Source: Candidatus Cloacimonadales bacterium (lineage in GTDB: Bacteria > Cloacimonadota > Cloacimonadia > Cloacimonadales > JAIOQZ01). Taken from it: a stretch of 64,000 bases of DNA. The first letter of the stretch is position 1; every line of letters starts with the position of its first letter. A program made the position numbers and the translations under genes. Positions 61,091-64,000 of the stretch are shown here, one piece after another. The notes beneath the pieces were generated by a model, which was given only the letters and a program-made list of their open reading frames with translations, did no database searches and was not told the origin of the DNA. Location of the stretch: the NCBI GenBank assembly GCA_963665815.1, contig OY762463.1, positions 1,472,001 to 1,536,000 of the forward strand, in the 5' to 3' direction.

Positions 61091-62365
61091 ATGAATATTC
61101 TTAACAATGCCAGATCCCATATAGAGTACTACTTTTTTGTATCAGCAAATATAATATATGTTCTAATCAATAAAACAGCAGTACCCAGTCCGGATACAAC
61201 CGGATATTTGTCATTTGATCCCGGAAGATCTTCAGTTTATCCGATATTCATCAATGCTGTAAAAGCTCTCAGTGGTAATTTTTTCCCTCATATTCTCCTG
61301 ATTTTACAGACAGGTTTCTATTTGTGGGCATGTGTTCTCTTTGTCAGAAAATTTTCAGCAATGTTCAAAATGCAGAGGATTTACACAATATCAATGCTTC
61401 TGTATTTCACATATATTCTATTCATCATGAATAGACCGAGAGTTATGTATACTGAATCATTAGCGTATCCACTGTTCCTTGTCCTGTTGATATCATGTTT
61501 TAAATGGATTAGTTCCTTAAAACTTAAAGACTTACTTGCTGTTTCAGGTTTACTTTTATTTTTGTTGCAACTTCGCGGTCAGTTCCTGTTTATGATTCCA
61601 TTGTTGATAGTATTCGTGATCCTCTTATACTGGAGAAAATTGAGAACTACAATATTGCTATGCTCATTGATTGTTGCCGTATTTCTAACTAACAGCCTGA
61701 TTGACAGATCATACCATGCAATTGTCCATGGGTATTTCCATCCAACTCCATTTACTGGACATACAATCTCGGCTCTTCCTCTTTATATTTCGAAAGCTGA
61801 AGACGTAGAACATATAGCGGATCCTGAGGAGAAAATCGTATTCGAGACAATTCATAGATCACTACAAGAAAAAGGGATGTTGGCAGAGTCATTCGGTGAA
61901 TTCCGAAAGTTTGAATTTTCGAAAGCTTATAATGAGATTATCTGGCATACTGTTTGTCCAGTATTCCAAGAAGAAAGTCGAGGAGATGGTGATCTCGATT
62001 TTGATGATTATAAATTCATGAACTCGACAATGATCTCAATTTCCATGCAGCTGATAAAATGTAACCCGGGTCGCTACTTCAAAGCTTTGTTACATAACTT
62101 TGCAACAGGGATAAGTAAAATAAACATTGCTCCCTTCTTTCTGACTCTATTCATATTGATTTATTTTTCAATAAAGAAGTTTTTAAAAATATACATTTTT
62201 ATACTCTTTAACTTGTTTGGAGCACTTTTAAACTATGTTTTAATAACAATATCAGTATTCAGCTATCCCAGAATTTCGTGGTATTCTTCAGTTATGATTT
62301 TTACATCAATACTAATTCTCATTTCAGAAATAACAAACAAGCAAAGTTCTACTCAAAATATGTAA
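61091..62365 (+). CDS. Polytopic membrane protein, possible GT-C glycosyltransferase
   Basis: 'PDT.GY...R...YP.F', 'TESL', ~10 TM segments; next to gtrA. Confidence 0.55.
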   Translation: MNILNNARSHIEYYFFVSANIIYVLINKTAVPSPDTTGYLSFDPGRSSVYPIFINAVKALSGNFFPHILLILQTGFYLWACVLFVRKFSAMFKMQRIYTISMLLYFTYILFIMNRPRVMYTESLAYPLFLVLLISCFKWISSLKLKDLLAVSGLLLFLLQLRGQFLFMIPLLIVFVILLYWRKLRTTILLCSLIVAVFLTNSLIDRSYHAIVHGYFHPTPFTGHTISALPLYISKAEDVEHIADPEEKIVFETIHRSLQEKGMLAESFGEFRKFEFSKAYNEIIWHTVCPVFQEESRGDGDLDFDDYKFMNSTMISISMQLIKCNPGRYFKALLHNFATGISKINIAPFFLTLFILIYFSIKKFLKIYIFILFNLFGALLNYVLITISVFSYPRISWYSSVMIFTSILILISEITNKQSSTQNM

Positions 62366-62436
62366 TAAAAAAGCTGTAAAGATACTCTATGTTGTCAATA
62401 ACCTTTAAAAAAAAATGAGTTTAATCCTGTAAACAA

Positions 62437-62601
62437 TCAGATAAAAACCTTTTTTATAAGATGAAGCGGTAAAAGAAGAATTGATACAAGACAACCCAAT
62501 TCTTTTCCAAAAATTGTATTATCTGTGACACTGTCACTGCGATCCATTAAATTCTTCATTCTTCTTTGTCTTCGATATTCTCTTTCCTGTGAGTCACTCA
62601 T
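62437..62601 (-). CDS. Small hypothetical protein
   Basis: ATG 62601 preceded by GAAGGA; 54 aa with a hydrophobic C-terminus. Confidence 0.45.
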   Translation of the reverse strand: MSDSQEREYRRQRRMKNLMDRSDSVTDNTIFGKELGCLVSILLLPLHLIKKVFI

Positions 62602-63002
62602 AATCGTATCCTTCCGAGATAATATTATATATAATAACAGTTTTTCATGGATTAGCACAAAAAAAAATCAGGAATAATCCAGCATAATATCTTACTCACT
62701 ATATATCAGGGATTTAATCCAAAAAAAACCCATATTAAATTCCTTTAAATACTAACTGTATTTATCTGTCAATAAAAGAATTAAAAAACAATACAGATAT
62801 TATGAAAATTCATGATTTATACATCGTAGATAAAACCCCGCACATCAACCTTAGTTCTAAGGAATATCATTTGCTTTAAATCCACTTCAATACATATTCC
62901 TCCCATTTTAACTATAATTATTTCAGCTTTACAATATTTCTAATTCAAAATTTATAAGAGTTGAGTATGATTGTGTCATCAAAATAAAAGGAGTTACGTA
63001 TC

Positions 63003-64000
63003 ATGAGGATTTCGAAACAAAAGCCAACTTTATCAGGAGCAAAACAGATACAAAATTTTAACTCTGAAGTCAACTATAACAGTAAACTTGCAAAACTGAA
63101 TCGAAAAACATTATTGTCAATCCTGATTCTTTCTATGTTAATTCCTCTTATTACAAGTATAAACATAATATCCAAATTTTCCTTACTGTACAATCCATCC
63201 AACTTTGCCAGTAAATCTGCAGCATTATCATATACCCTCTTCTTGATGAGCAATGCACTAATTAGATTAGGTTTTAACATTGCAATGTTATTCATAACAC
63301 TGTTTGTTAATTTTTCAGTTAGAGACAGAGACTTCTTTTTCAGACTAATCATCAACATCATTATATTGGCCATTTTCTCTCTTTCACAATACAAGCTCTT
63401 TCTATACCAGAATATTTCTCTAGCGTCGGAGGGAATATTAATAATGTCTGTATATTCCGGTTTAGGATACCTGATTATGTCTGCAATTTCTCTGATTGTC
63501 ATCCAGAGGTACAGAAACAAGAAGAGCAATCTGAAAATTGATTTCCTGATTTCACAAAAGACAGAAATTGAACTGACACAACTGAAAGAGCAAATCAGTC
63601 CCCACTTCTTTTTTAACACACTTAGTTCATTAAGCTCAATAATCAGAAAGAATGATATTGAACAATCACTGGCACTTGTAGACAATATGACTAAAGTTTA
63701 CAGATACATTCTGGATAACAGCAAAAAAGATACCATTGAGCTTGCAGAAGAAATTATTTTTTCTCAAGCATATTCCCATATTCTTGAGAAGAGATTCGGA
63801 AGAAAGCTCAGTATAACATACAATATTGAAAATACCGACATTTTTTTTATTCCTCCACTCGCAATTCAAACCTGTTTGGAAAATGCTGTTACACATAACA
63901 TTGTGGCTGATCAGGATACTCTGAAAATAACAGTAAAGCAAGAAAGTGATTTCATTATTGTTACAAACAACAGAATATTATCAAAAAGTAACTCAGGCTT
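63003..64000 (+). CDS. LytS/YehU-type sensor histidine kinase (runs off the window end; missing from the ORF track)
   Basis: AAAGGAG RBS; in-frame 'LKEQISPHFFFNTLSS', 'PPLAIQTCLENAVTHN'. Confidence 0.88.
   Translation, partial: MRISKQKPTLSGAKQIQNFNSEVNYNSKLAKLNRKTLLSILILSMLIPLITSINIISKFSLLYNPSNFASKSAALSYTLFLMSNALIRLGFNIAMLFITLFVNFSVRDRDFFFRLIINIIILAIFSLSQYKLFLYQNISLASEGILIMSVYSGLGYLIMSAISLIVIQRYRNKKSNLKIDFLISQKTEIELTQLKEQISPHFFFNTLSSLSSIIRKNDIEQSLALVDNMTKVYRYILDNSKKDTIELAEEIIFSQAYSHILEKRFGRKLSITYNIENTDIFFIPPLAIQTCLENAVTHNIVADQDTLKITVKQESDFIIVTNNRILSKSNSG

Noticed and set aside
63074-63941. Minus-strand ORFs of 203 and 91 aa
   Set aside because: Shadows of the plus-strand LytS-type kinase.

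Overview
AT-rich bacterial chromosome segment from an anaerobe. The lineage is probably Cloacimonadota-like (FCB group); this is inferred from four secreted proteins with the 'YPNPFNP...FlgD-Ig' C-terminal sorting domain, not from a marker gene. From left to right: a DUF2161-like gene; TauE, YgiQ radical SAM, cold-shock and ppdK genes (- strand); a hybrid sensor kinase; a ~2.1 kb duplicated patch of several REP-like palindrome families with truncated DUF559 nuclease copies; a DUF3800 gene with a structured 5' region; rex plus a four-subunit NAD-linked [FeFe]-hydrogenase with non-bifurcating signatures; a TM1266-hydG-aspA-hydE-hydF maturation operon behind an attenuator-like leader; four large secreted proteins; a fluoride riboswitch-controlled cation/proton antiporter; a sigma54-type flagellar operon (fliJ to fliR) with a 1889-aa repeat-expanded FliK; kdsA; a GtrA/oxidoreductase/membrane-protein module; and a truncated LytS-type kinase. 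The best candidates for undescribed biology are the hydrogenase-maturation leader RNA, the DUF3800-linked RNA/uORF element and the repeat-expanded FliK ruler. All calls come from motif recognition and manual base-pairing; no searches or folding programs were run.
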